A DNA stretch of 38,913 nucleotides from a virus (lineage: Duplodnaviria > Caudoviricetes), in the IMG/VR virus record IMGVR_UViG_3300031669_000100; one strand, 5' to 3'. Both the position numbers and the translations under genes were made by a program. Positions 1 through 8,668 of this stretch are shown here, piece by piece. The notes under the pieces were generated by a model. It saw only the letters and a program-made list of their open reading frames with translations, was not told the DNA's origin and did no database searches. Within the stretch, counting starts at the first letter, position 1, and each line of letters starts with the position of its first letter.

Positions 1-1
1 G

Positions 2-115
2 GGTAATTTCAAAAAGCTTTGTGAAGAATTTGGATTTCCATATCATTCACTTAAGATGAAAGATTTTCCTATCGTTTTAAACGATGCTACAATTTACCGT
101 GTGCCGTTTCTATGA
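2..115 (+). CDS. 3' end of a small hypothetical protein, possibly DNA-binding; truncated by the window edge
   Basis: Open frame GNFKKLCEEFGFPYHSLKMKDFPIVLNDATIYRVPFL* read by hand, TGA at 113-115. Confidence 0.55.
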   Translation, partial: GNFKKLCEEFGFPYHSLKMKDFPIVLNDATIYRVPFL

Positions 116-152
116 ATGGGCGGTAACTAGTTTATAACCTTAGCTCAAAATA

Positions 153-392
153 TTGAACCACATGAAAAGTGTTGAATCTATTGAACAAATTAAGAAACTG
201 ATTGGCGAATCAGTTCATAACGGCGAATTGAGTAACAACGATTTGGTTCAAATTATTGAGCTATGTGGTTCCTATCTTAACCCTCTAACAATAGCAACTT
301 ATGCGAGAATACATGGAATAAGCTACAACGGGGCAAAGAAAAAAAGAAAGACACCCCTCCTTGGTGTTAATTATATTATTGATAATGACTGA
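153..392 (+). CDS. Small hypothetical protein with a possible C-terminal HTH (TIATYARIHGISYNGAKK); start probably ATG 162
   Basis: ORF track; HTH-like pattern. Confidence 0.65.
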   Translation: MNHMKSVESIEQIKKLIGESVHNGELSNNDLVQIIELCGSYLNPLTIATYARIHGISYNGAKKKRKTPLLGVNYIIDND

Positions 393-430
393 AGGGCAAC
401 ATGTGAACATACCGTTCCTCTCTTTTTTTT

Positions 431-469
431 GAAACAACTGCATCTTTTTAGATACAGTTGTTTCTTTTT
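431..469 (+). terminator. Inverted repeat / intrinsic terminator that also contains an operator-like palindrome
   Basis: GAAACAACTGCATCT-TTTT-AGATACAGTTGTTTC (15-bp arms, 1 mismatch) followed by TTTTT. Confidence 0.65.
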
Positions 470-482
470 AGTGCTATATTTG
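440..482 (+). promoter_or_regulatory. Operator-like palindrome GCATCT-N4-AGATAC plus Bacteroidota -7 box TATATTTG upstream of ORF 499
   Basis: ATCTTTTTAGATACA at 442-456 is identical to 29161-29175 in the cI/cro spacer; TATATTTG at 475-482 matches TAnnTTTG. Confidence 0.7.
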
Positions 483-498
483 TGAAAACGTTAGGCCA

Positions 499-1011
499 AT
501 GGGTTTTACAATTTCGGTGGCTGTTAAGCCTGTTCTCAAGGAGTTTATTGAGTGCGTTCACGGAAGCTCTACCATTGTTCTCAAGGAGGACGACCTACTT
601 AGCCAAAAGGTAAAATACATCCTACAGCGCATGCCATCGGACTTTATTCCGGTAAACCACGATCCTTGCTCCATAAAAATTGAGATAGGCGACGTTTTTA
701 TGTTCAAAACCCGCTCGGGGGGTTGCCTATTCCATGCCGATCCTCAGTATCGGTCGTTTCTAAATGCCAGGCTTCAGCATATATTGGCCAAGGAGCTCAA
801 TAAGGGCTTCAAGGAAATAATGCACAACTACGTGCTAGCCTATGCCAGGGCAGGGAGGGAGCAAAACGAGGGCATTGAGGACTTCTGTAGCGTGTATAAC
901 CTTACCATGAACGCCATAACCTTCGACATGCTAAAAAAGAGCTGGCAGCGCAGCGATCAGTATCAAATGTTTAAAAAACTCCGTATCACCATGTCCCCCG
1001 CAAATTTATAG
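499..1011 (+). CDS. Hypothetical protein, candidate late-gene transcriptional activator
   Basis: First gene before the morphogenesis block; own promoter and operator; RHH-like N-terminus and HTH-like C-terminus (IEDFCSVYNLTMNAITFDMLKKSWQR). Function is inferred. Confidence 0.5.
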   Translation: MGFTISVAVKPVLKEFIECVHGSSTIVLKEDDLLSQKVKYILQRMPSDFIPVNHDPCSIKIEIGDVFMFKTRSGGCLFHADPQYRSFLNARLQHILAKELNKGFKEIMHNYVLAYARAGREQNEGIEDFCSVYNLTMNAITFDMLKKSWQRSDQYQMFKKLRITMSPANL

Positions 1012-1013
1012 CC

Positions 1014-1466
1014 ATGAGCACCCCATACGACAACCTAGGTGGAATTACTTCGCTCGACATTTCGGGTATCAGCAACATCCTACTTTTTACCGAAATTGGT
1101 AATAGTAGGGCTATCCAATTCCACGACGGCAAGGCGTGGACCTCACTCCCATTCTCCTACGGGTCTGCAATGCTATCGGAGGAGCCTAACGATTCCGATG
1201 CCGGTGAACTTCTTATGCAGAAGGTAGTATTTAGGCTTCCGGGTATTAATGCCGACAACCTTCAACTGCTGGTTGGATTACGGAATACCCGCGTGGTGGC
1301 TAAGCTGGGAACCGAATCGGGAGCAGCTATTGTTATGGGCAGCGTAAACTTTCCGGCTACCGTTACCTACCGCACCATACCCGGAGCACTGGCCTCGGAT
1401 TATAGCGGTTATGAAGTAACCATACAGGCTAAGAGCACTACCCCAATGGGCCTGTTAGTCCTTTAA
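1014..1466 (+). CDS. Putative virion structural protein (tail-tube-like beta fold)
   Basis: N-terminal DNLGGI resembles ENMGGL of ORF 3932; beta-rich pattern; lies before the protease gene. Confidence 0.5.
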   Translation: MSTPYDNLGGITSLDISGISNILLFTEIGNSRAIQFHDGKAWTSLPFSYGSAMLSEEPNDSDAGELLMQKVVFRLPGINADNLQLLVGLRNTRVVAKLGTESGAAIVMGSVNFPATVTYRTIPGALASDYSGYEVTIQAKSTTPMGLLVL

Positions 1467-1493
1467 AGTTCTGACTCAGCACACTACCATTGC
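1458..1493 (+). promoter_or_regulatory. Putative late promoter 1 (GTCCTTTA ... TACCATTGC)
   Basis: Motif recurs before five late operons at fixed spacing. Confidence 0.7.
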
Positions 1494-1502
1494 GGTATAA
1501 AC

Positions 1503-2801
1503 GTGCTGCACATGAATCCTTTCTTTTTAAGAATTATGCGGGAACCCTGGGCTATTAATCCCGAGGTTGCCCAAGATTACGTCGATGCGCTGGCTAAGCT
1601 TATCGAGGGAAAGCTCGTTTTTGAAGGCGATCCAGCAAAGTATGCGCCCACCATAATGCAGGGTGCATATCCTAAAGGTATAAAACCCAGGGCCTCCATG
1701 GCCAATAGTGGATCAGGTCGTGGGAGGAGCGGTAGTGTGTCGCTCATTCCCATTACCACTCCCCTTATGAAATACGATCAGGAGTGCGGTCCGCGCGGCA
1801 TGCTCTCCATAGCCAACTACATTAAAGCCGCCGATGCCAACACCTCCATCGATGGTATTATTCTTTACCTCGACTCGCCCGGTGGAACCGTTGCCGGAAC
1901 AAAGGTGCTTGGTGAGGTTATTCGCAACGTGCAGAAGCCAATTTTTGCTTTTGTAAGCGATATGGCCGCAAGCGGAGCCTACTGGCTTGCCTCTCAGTGC
2001 GACCAAATTGTGGCCGAAAACGGAAATGCGCAGGTTGGCTCCATTGGAGTTATGTTATCGTTTAAGGATGTTCAACCGGCATTGGAGCAGCAGGGCGTTA
2101 AGTTTCACAATATAGTATCATCCCTAAGTGAGGATAAGAATAGGCTAACTGATGAGGTTCGCAATGGGGAATACGATAATACCCGAACTACCGTGCTAGA
2201 TCCGCTCGCGCAAGGATTTATTGATACGGTAAAGAGCACCCGCGGTAGCAAAATAACCGACGAAACCATTTTTAAAGGCCGAATGGAGTTTGCACCAGGT
2301 GCGCTCACCGTTGGCCTTATCGACAAAATTGCCAGCCTCGACGAAACCGTTTCGATGGTTCTCGCCTACGATAAAAAACCAATTCAAACCCCAAATAACC
2401 CAAAAAGCAAAATGAACAAATATCCGTTGATGCTTGCTGCGCTTGGTCTCACCGAGATTGAGGCAGACCAAGATGGCTATGCTGCACTTTCCGAAGAGCA
2501 AATGGCCAAAGTAGAGGGTGCCTTGGTTGCTGCCAACGCGGCCACCCAAAAGGCAACCGACGATCTCGCCGCGGCCACCGCTGCCTCGGAAACACTCACC
2601 GCTACAATTGCAGCCAAGGATGGCGAAATTGCTCAGCTGAAATCCGAAAAGGAGGCAATTCTTAAGGGCAAGGCAACCGAGTCGGCCACCTTGGTGGTTG
2701 AAAAAGAGGTTGATGCCGTTGTGGTAAACCCGGACTTGGCTGCTGTAAAAAGCATGACTTCTTCCGAAAGGCATGCCTACCTGAAGGCGAAGGGTTACTA
2801 A
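1503..2801 (+). CDS. S49 (SppA/ClpP-like) head maturation protease with C-terminal coiled-coil scaffold domain; start may be ATG 1512
   Basis: LDSPGG, MAASGAYWLASQCD, VGSIGV and GLIDKIA motifs; Ala-rich heptad C-terminus. Confidence 0.92.
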   Translation: MLHMNPFFLRIMREPWAINPEVAQDYVDALAKLIEGKLVFEGDPAKYAPTIMQGAYPKGIKPRASMANSGSGRGRSGSVSLIPITTPLMKYDQECGPRGMLSIANYIKAADANTSIDGIILYLDSPGGTVAGTKVLGEVIRNVQKPIFAFVSDMAASGAYWLASQCDQIVAENGNAQVGSIGVMLSFKDVQPALEQQGVKFHNIVSSLSEDKNRLTDEVRNGEYDNTRTTVLDPLAQGFIDTVKSTRGSKITDETIFKGRMEFAPGALTVGLIDKIASLDETVSMVLAYDKKPIQTPNNPKSKMNKYPLMLAALGLTEIEADQDGYAALSEEQMAKVEGALVAANAATQKATDDLAAATAASETLTATIAAKDGEIAQLKSEKEAILKGKATESATLVVEKEVDAVVVNPDLAAVKSMTSSERHAYLKAKGY

Positions 2802-2828
2802 AATTACTAATTCTTAAAAACGATACAA

Positions 2829-3875
2829 ATGGCTGAAGTTATTAATATTGAGGGGTTAAGCCAAGCGGCAAAAACCTACGATCCAATGCTAAAAGCACTC
2901 CCATCGCTAACTCTCGATCCGGTGTTTACTGCCATGGGCATTAACCTGCTTGAGGTTGCCGATGGAGAGAACATCGAAATTACGCAGCAGCGTAGGGGTG
3001 GTGTGCTTAAACCTCTTTCGGTTACTGCTGCATCCAACAAAGATGCCTCCGAGCAGGAGCTCATTAAATTTGTGGAAATGGGTCTAACTCCGAAGTTGGC
3101 CTACGCTGCCGTTAAGGATAACATTCTCAACTACACCAACCAGGTGAAGATTTTGAACAATGTTACCAAGGTGAATAACCAAACCAAGGAGCATCCATTT
3201 GCTGCGCAAATTGTGATGGCCAAGGTTACCACCGTAGCCGAGGACATGATTGATGCAGCGTTTCACTCCAAGCGTGACGAGGCCGACGAAAGCCCAATGG
3301 GCATTTGCGATGGCTTCTACACCATTCAGGATAACTTTGTTGCCGATGGTGAAATTTCGGAAGCAAAGAAAAACCTAATTGCTATTGGCGATTTAACGGC
3401 TCCGGCTGACGAAACCGATATAACGGCTTACCAAACCATTTTGGATTGGTTGCGCGCATTACATCCGCTGATGCGTAATAGCCAGTTTGCATGCTACATT
3501 CCTGGCGATATGCTGTTGAACATTATTGATGCAACGGGGAATAAGTTCCGTTATTTGCAAGATGTTAACCGCTCTGTGGTTGAAACCATGCTCAGGGAAA
3601 AGGCTAACGCTCCTGGCTTAAATATCAAAACCTCTCCCATGCTGGGAACCGGAACCCGGATTTTCGCATGTTCCCTTGGTTCGCTCGATTACGGGTTAAC
3701 CTCACTTGGCGATCGCGACTTTGTTCAAATTAGACAACCATACGAAAATCCAAACTGGATTCAATTTTGGTTGCAGTTCAAGGCTGGCCAGCGCATAAAG
3801 AACCTTCACCCAAAGGCTTTTGCCATGACCGGAGGCACCACCGAGAGTTTACTCCTTAGCGGAGATTACTCCTAA
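2829..3875 (+). CDS. Major capsid protein
   Basis: 348 aa, directly after the protease/scaffold and followed by a terminator; CDGFYT motif as in Bacteroidota phage capsids. Confidence 0.8.
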   Translation: MAEVINIEGLSQAAKTYDPMLKALPSLTLDPVFTAMGINLLEVADGENIEITQQRRGGVLKPLSVTAASNKDASEQELIKFVEMGLTPKLAYAAVKDNILNYTNQVKILNNVTKVNNQTKEHPFAAQIVMAKVTTVAEDMIDAAFHSKRDEADESPMGICDGFYTIQDNFVADGEISEAKKNLIAIGDLTAPADETDITAYQTILDWLRALHPLMRNSQFACYIPGDMLLNIIDATGNKFRYLQDVNRSVVETMLREKANAPGLNIKTSPMLGTGTRIFACSLGSLDYGLTSLGDRDFVQIRQPYENPNWIQFWLQFKAGQRIKNLHPKAFAMTGGTTESLLLSGDYS

Positions 3876-3886
3876 CATCCAATAAG

Positions 3887-3909
3887 GGGGCAGCAATGCC
3901 CCTATTTTT
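3887..3909 (+). terminator. Intrinsic terminator after the capsid gene
   Basis: GGGGCA-GCAA-TGCCCC stem with GNRA loop, then TATTTTT. Confidence 0.8.
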
Positions 3910-3931
3910 CAACCTTCTAATTTTATAAAAA

Positions 3932-4594
3932 ATGAAAAATAGTAAATCGATACTGAGCTTTCTCTTCTCTGCCCTGATTTTCGGGGTATTCATGCTTTTG
4001 GGCTCTAACCCAGCCGAAGCATCCGGCGTAACTGCCTGCGCTACATTTGGTGTTGGTGCCATTGAGTGGCCCGATGGTGAGGAAAACATGGGCGGTCTCG
4101 ACAACATTATTCACTTTATACCCATATCGTGGATAGGTACCGAGGCGAAGCTCGTAGACAATCCTACTACCGATGAGGAGAAGTGCGTAATTACCGACAC
4201 CCACACGCTTGCTGCTACTAAGTATTGGCGTGAGGTGTACTGCACCGAGGGAACGGTAAAACTTACCCCCGAAAATCAGGGAGATATTGACAGCTCTTCC
4301 TTCCGGCCAAAAGGTGAGTTTACTCACCCCGGTAATAAGACCCAGGCCATTGCGTTTTCGCGCGATGTAAACAATACTCCGTGTATTGTTCTCTTCCACG
4401 ACAACGGCGTTCGATTTCAGGTTGGAACCGTTGCCCGTCCAGCTCGTATTAAGCCATCGTGGGATTCCGGCGCAAAGGGATCCGATCACAAGGGGTTCAA
4501 GTTTGCCGTTGAAGCCGACAGCAAGGTTATCCTCACCGAATATCGTGGGGCAATTGCGCTGAGCGAAACGGAGACGCTGCCTGCAGTGTCCTAA
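3932..4594 (+). CDS. Major tail (tube) protein with hydrophobic N-terminal extension
   Basis: WPDGEENMGG, QGDIDSSSF and FQVGT motifs; position after the capsid gene. Confidence 0.7.
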   Translation: MKNSKSILSFLFSALIFGVFMLLGSNPAEASGVTACATFGVGAIEWPDGEENMGGLDNIIHFIPISWIGTEAKLVDNPTTDEEKCVITDTHTLAATKYWREVYCTEGTVKLTPENQGDIDSSSFRPKGEFTHPGNKTQAIAFSRDVNNTPCIVLFHDNGVRFQVGTVARPARIKPSWDSGAKGSDHKGFKFAVEADSKVILTEYRGAIALSETETLPAVS

Positions 4595-4605
4595 TATCCT
4601 AACCC

Positions 4606-4827
4606 ATGAAAAAGTTTAGGCTAAAGGGCATTAAGGCACCGGGTATTGTAAACCTCTTCGGGCATGGAAGAGTTAACCTTTCCGAAATATCCGACGAAAA
4701 AGCGGAGCAGCTAGTTAAGGAAGGTTGCCCATACCTGGAGAAAATACCGGATGCCCCAGCACCCAAGCGGGATATTGAGGCTTCACCGCAGGGGAAAGTA
4801 AAGCCCACAAAAACAGACGAAGCATAA
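4606..4827 (+). CDS. Small hypothetical virion-associated protein
   Basis: ORF between tail tube gene and terminator; Lys/Pro-rich tail. Confidence 0.7.
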   Translation: MKKFRLKGIKAPGIVNLFGHGRVNLSEISDEKAEQLVKEGCPYLEKIPDAPAPKRDIEASPQGKVKPTKTDEA

Positions 4828-4829
4828 AT

Positions 4830-4859
4830 AAAAGCCCCCGGCACATGGGGGCTTTTTTT
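4830..4859 (+). terminator. Intrinsic terminator
   Basis: AAAAGCCCCC-GGCACAT-GGGGGCTTTTTTT. Confidence 0.85.
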
Positions 4860-4870
4860 ACACGTAACCC

Positions 4871-5584
4871 ATGAGAGAGAAGGTAACATTCAACATGGCC
4901 ACCATGCCACCCCGCATTCCTGCGCTGGCCGATAGCATTCCAAGCATAATTAATCAGTGCGATGTGCTCAATATCTACCTAAACGATTTTGAGGACGATG
5001 AAATTCCTGCCATTCTTCGGCATCCCAAGATTAAGCTATTCAGAAGCCAGCATGAAATTGGGAATCTTGGCGATGTTGGAAAGTTTTACTTCTGCAACAC
5101 CTGGACAGAAGGCTATGTGTTCACCGTCGACGATAAGATAATTTACCCGAGGAACTACGTGGCCGAGCATATAGCCGCCATTGAGCGTTATGGACGTAAG
5201 GCGGTAGTTTCGTGCCACGGTCGTTTGCTTAAATCGCCTTGCCGAAGTTACTACCACGATCCAGCCGCGTTTTATGGCGTTCTCGGGACAATAATCACCG
5301 ACACCTTTGCCCACGAGCTAGGAACCGGTGCTATGGCTTTTCATGTCGATACCGTTAAGGCTTCTATGGACGATTTTCCATACATCAACATGACCGACAT
5401 ATACTTTAGCATGAAGTTGCAGCGAAAGGGAATCCCAATACTTATTCGCAAGCACTTTAGGGGCGATTTTCGGCTTAGCACAAAGCACGACGAGCACCAC
5501 TCTATCCATAACACATTCAATAAGGACGACAGCTTTCAAACGGAGGTTGTTAACGGCTTTGAGTGGAAAATCAACCGCTGTTAA
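4871..5584 (+). CDS. Glycosyltransferase (GT-A fold, GT2-like)
   Basis: NMATMPPRIPAL..SI..QCD..NIYLN start; GDVGKF; FTVDDKIIYP (DxD-region variant); LGTGAMAFH; NMTDIYFS. Confidence 0.8.
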   Translation: MREKVTFNMATMPPRIPALADSIPSIINQCDVLNIYLNDFEDDEIPAILRHPKIKLFRSQHEIGNLGDVGKFYFCNTWTEGYVFTVDDKIIYPRNYVAEHIAAIERYGRKAVVSCHGRLLKSPCRSYYHDPAAFYGVLGTIITDTFAHELGTGAMAFHVDTVKASMDDFPYINMTDIYFSMKLQRKGIPILIRKHFRGDFRLSTKHDEHHSIHNTFNKDDSFQTEVVNGFEWKINRC

Positions 5585-5587
5585 TTA

Positions 5588-5623
5588 GTCCTTTAATTCA
5601 TTCAAAAGTTGCAGCAACTTAGC
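5588..5623 (+). promoter_or_regulatory. Putative late promoter 2 (GTCCTTTA ... CAACTTAGC)
   Basis: Shared motif and spacing. Confidence 0.65.
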
Positions 5624-5647
5624 ATCTTCTTTGTTACTGCAACTTTT
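5604..5647. repeat. Inverted repeat AAAAGTTGCAG(C/T)AAC; same motif recurs at 8716-8726 and 8854-8868
   Basis: 5604-5618 and 5633-5647 are inverted with 1 mismatch; 5606-5620 is itself palindromic. Confidence 0.75.
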
Positions 5648-5667
5648 TAGTTACTAAAACTCACACC

Positions 5668-6405
5668 ATGCAAAAAATTGTCAACTATTTAAACAATCCC
5701 GAGAAAACCTTTAAGGATGGATTGGCGCTCTACGATAGCGTAAAGCGCGACAAGCGTTACGATGCGCTCTTTTCGAGTGCGGACCATAAGCCAGGAAGCA
5801 TTGCCTTTAATATGCTTATTACCGAGTTGAAAAACATTCTTCGAATAAAAGGAGTTTCGACCACAATCCCAGCTCAAAAGCCAGGTAAGGCCAACGCGCC
5901 TATAACTGCAGGGAAAACACCCAAGGGGAATGCCAACGGAGGTGGCGTGCGTATTGATTCCAATCCAATGGTTCGTGTAGAAATGTTGCCAGAAGATCTT
6001 CGTGCAAAGTTCGAGCGGAATCAGGAGTTAACGAAGTTAATGGCAGAAACCCACAATTTGCTACAATCAGAAGGTTTGGGCGATGCTGATGCGGCCACCG
6101 CTGCAGAGGAGTTGGTTGCTATGGAGGAGGAGCGCGACGAAAACTGGCACGCTATTGATGCCTGGTGGAACGAGAACAGGGCTAGGCTGGAAGGCGAAAA
6201 GAAAATTGAACCCATGACCGGTGCCGATATTGGAAAAGCAGTGAAGCTGCTAAAGGATAATATCAACCGAGCCAGCAAGGATCTCGATGCTCAGAAGCCA
6301 AACGTTCAGGCAAACCGCAGGCAGCGAATTGCCGAATGGGAAAAGCAAATTGAGGATTTTATGGCGCAAGGAAAGTCACTGAAAGATAAGCCTAAAGGAA
6401 AGTAG
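5668..6405 (+). CDS. Hypothetical helical protein of the packaging operon
   Basis: 245-aa ORF after a putative late promoter and before terS; coiled-coil rich. Confidence 0.75.
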   Translation: MQKIVNYLNNPEKTFKDGLALYDSVKRDKRYDALFSSADHKPGSIAFNMLITELKNILRIKGVSTTIPAQKPGKANAPITAGKTPKGNANGGGVRIDSNPMVRVEMLPEDLRAKFERNQELTKLMAETHNLLQSEGLGDADAATAAEELVAMEEERDENWHAIDAWWNENRARLEGEKKIEPMTGADIGKAVKLLKDNINRASKDLDAQKPNVQANRRQRIAEWEKQIEDFMAQGKSLKDKPKGK

Positions 6406-6427
6406 GCTATCGAGTAAGTATTACCAG

Positions 6428-6460
6428 GCAGGCGTGAGGTTCTCTTGCGCCTGCTTATTT
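6428..6460 (+). terminator. GC-rich hairpin (weak terminator or attenuator) before terS
   Basis: GCAGGCGTGAG-GTTCT-CTTGCGCCTGC then TTATTT. Confidence 0.5.
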
Positions 6461-6471
6461 AACCAACCCCC

Positions 6472-7062
6472 ATGAGCAAAGAGCTAAAAACCATTGATAA
6501 GCTTCGCCTGCACCTGTTCGATTCCAAAACAATTGCAGAGGTTTACCTTACCATCCCGGAACTGGAGGTAAAAAAGCGTGTGGAGGCGATTTTTGCAAAG
6601 CTCATTAGCGAACCTACAACATCTAATAAGGTGCTGAGGGAATTGCTAAGGTCCGAATTTGATATTTCAGAGGCGCAAGCCTATCGCGATATTGGGTTGG
6701 CAACGGCCCTCTGGGGAAATTTTCAGAAAGCATCGAAGGAGTATTATCGCTACAAGGTTATAGCGATGTTGGAGGAAACATACGAGAAGGCTAGAACAGC
6801 ACAGGATTATAAAACGATGGCCGTTGCCGCCGACAAAATTGGGAAGTACACCCGGCTCGATCAGGACGATATTGAGCAAATAAATTGGGAAGAGTTAATA
6901 CCACCAGCCTTTGAACCAACCAGCGATGTTACGCTACTTGGCCTCCCTAAAATAGATGAGGACAAGCGTGCTGCTATGCGCCGAAAGTATTTAAAAGAGG
7001 TGGACATGGACATAGAAGAAAAACAGGAGCGTGTTTATGTAGAGGACCATGAAGGAGCATAA
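6472..7062 (+). CDS. terS: Terminase small subunit
   Basis: HTH-like FDISEAQAYRDI; overlaps the start of terL. Confidence 0.7.
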   Translation: MSKELKTIDKLRLHLFDSKTIAEVYLTIPELEVKKRVEAIFAKLISEPTTSNKVLRELLRSEFDISEAQAYRDIGLATALWGNFQKASKEYYRYKVIAMLEETYEKARTAQDYKTMAVAADKIGKYTRLDQDDIEQINWEELIPPAFEPTSDVTLLGLPKIDEDKRAAMRRKYLKEVDMDIEEKQERVYVEDHEGA

Positions 7063-8668
7063 ATACTTCAACAGGGCGCAGCTCGATGCCATGTCGGTTA
7101 ATGCCAAGGAGGAGTATATAATTGCCTCCCGTGGTTTAGGCAAGTCCGAAGGGTTTGACTCGAGGTTCTTAATTCGAAATATTCATGCCATGCCTCGCAG
7201 TGCCGGGGCTATTATATCTCCAACCTACTCAAAGTTGTTAAGGAATACCCTGCCAGCAATTGCCCATGCGTTGGATGGGTGGGGTTATAAGCGCAACATC
7301 CACTATTTTTTAGGAAGGAAGGCACCGGCTTCTTACAACTTTAAAAAACCATATATCGAACCATTCTCCTACGATTATACCATTCATTGGTTCAATGGTT
7401 CCGTAACACATCTCCTATCATTCGACAGAGCCATGTCGGCTAACTCCATGAGTTTAGATTACCTGCTTGGACCAGAGGCCAAGTATCTCGACTTTAAAAA
7501 GATTAAGGAGGAGGTAAACCCTGCCAATCGTGGAAACCTCCAATATTTTGGCAGCAATCCATGGCATCACTCGGTAATGTATACAACCGATATGCCCACA
7601 TCCAAGATGGGAATGTGGATTTTTGAGAAGGAGAAGCAAATGGATCCGGCGCTAATTGAAATGATAAAGGCGTTGGTCCGAGAAAAAATAGCATTCCAGG
7701 CTAAGCCATACCAAACTGCTTATGTTAGGCGCAAGTTAGTTGAGATTCAGCGCGACCTCGATCTATTTAGGTCAAAGGCAATCTACTACAAGGAATACGA
7801 CATCTTCGATAACATCGAAGTGGTTGGAGAGGAGTTCGTTAAGCAAATGAAGCGCGATCTACCTCGCCTTATATTCTTAACATCCATTTGCAATGTTCGC
7901 TTGCTACGAAAGGCTAATGGGTTCTACTCATCTTTAACCGAGAATCACTTCTATTCTATGAATAACAATTCCTTCCTTGAGTCATGCGATTACGACTTCA
8001 GGAAGGTAGCAGAGGGCACATGCCTCGCCGATGCAGATTGTGATCTATCACGACCGTTGTGTATTGCCCTGGATTACAACTCAAGCATTAATAACCTGGT
8101 TGTTGGTCAGCAGTTCGACAGGGAGATGAGAACCCTTTCTTCTTTCTTTGTTAAAACGCCAGAGAAGATTAAGGAAGTGGTTGCCAAGTTTTGTGGTTAC
8201 TATGTTCACCATAAGAGCAAGCAGGTTGTGTATTACTATGACCATACCGCCGTGGCTACAAGCGCCAGCTCAGACGAATCCTTTTCAGATATAGTTATTA
8301 AAGCACTTGAGTCTCACGGATGGACGGTGCAGCCTGTATACCTAGGGCAAGCAATGAGTCATAAGCAGAAGCACATGCTAATCGATCTGTCCATGAAGGG
8401 AGATGTGAACTACCTGTTTCCAACATTCAACATAGAGAACAATGAATATCTAAAGCTTGCCCTTGAGCAGGCAGGTATCAAGGTAGGCCGCAATGGGTTT
8501 GAAAAAGACAAAGGCCTGGAGAAGGAGGAAGATACTCCCGATAATCCTGATGAGATAAAAACCCACGTTACTGATGCTTGGGATACTCTTTGGGTTGGCA
8601 TGAACTTCAATCCATTCTACTCATTCGATATGATTAACACGACATCTTTCTTTTCATCAAAGCCATAG
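7049..8668 (+). CDS. terL: Terminase large subunit
   Basis: Walker A ASRGLGKS; Walker B variant LLGPEAK; nuclease motifs IALDYN, YYYD, HVTDAWD. Confidence 0.92.
   Translation: MKEHKYFNRAQLDAMSVNAKEEYIIASRGLGKSEGFDSRFLIRNIHAMPRSAGAIISPTYSKLLRNTLPAIAHALDGWGYKRNIHYFLGRKAPASYNFKKPYIEPFSYDYTIHWFNGSVTHLLSFDRAMSANSMSLDYLLGPEAKYLDFKKIKEEVNPANRGNLQYFGSNPWHHSVMYTTDMPTSKMGMWIFEKEKQMDPALIEMIKALVREKIAFQAKPYQTAYVRRKLVEIQRDLDLFRSKAIYYKEYDIFDNIEVVGEEFVKQMKRDLPRLIFLTSICNVRLLRKANGFYSSLTENHFYSMNNNSFLESCDYDFRKVAEGTCLADADCDLSRPLCIALDYNSSINNLVVGQQFDREMRTLSSFFVKTPEKIKEVVAKFCGYYVHHKSKQVVYYYDHTAVATSASSDESFSDIVIKALESHGWTVQPVYLGQAMSHKQKHMLIDLSMKGDVNYLFPTFNIENNEYLKLALEQAGIKVGRNGFEKDKGLEKEEDTPDNPDEIKTHVTDAWDTLWVGMNFNPFYSFDMINTTSFFSSKP

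Noticed and set aside
490-496. Perfect GTTRRRY (GTTAGGC) just before ORF 499
   Set aside because: No matching attC arm structure upstream; it sits at the expected transcription start and a 7-mer can occur by chance
4594-4870. Classical G/GT tail-chaperone frameshift pair after the tube gene
   Set aside because: Only a 73-aa ORF followed by a terminator; no slippery site with an open second frame seen
7455-7500. Inactive terminase because Walker B reads GPE instead of DE
   Set aside because: The catalytic Glu and all other motifs are intact with no sign of decay; more likely a family variant
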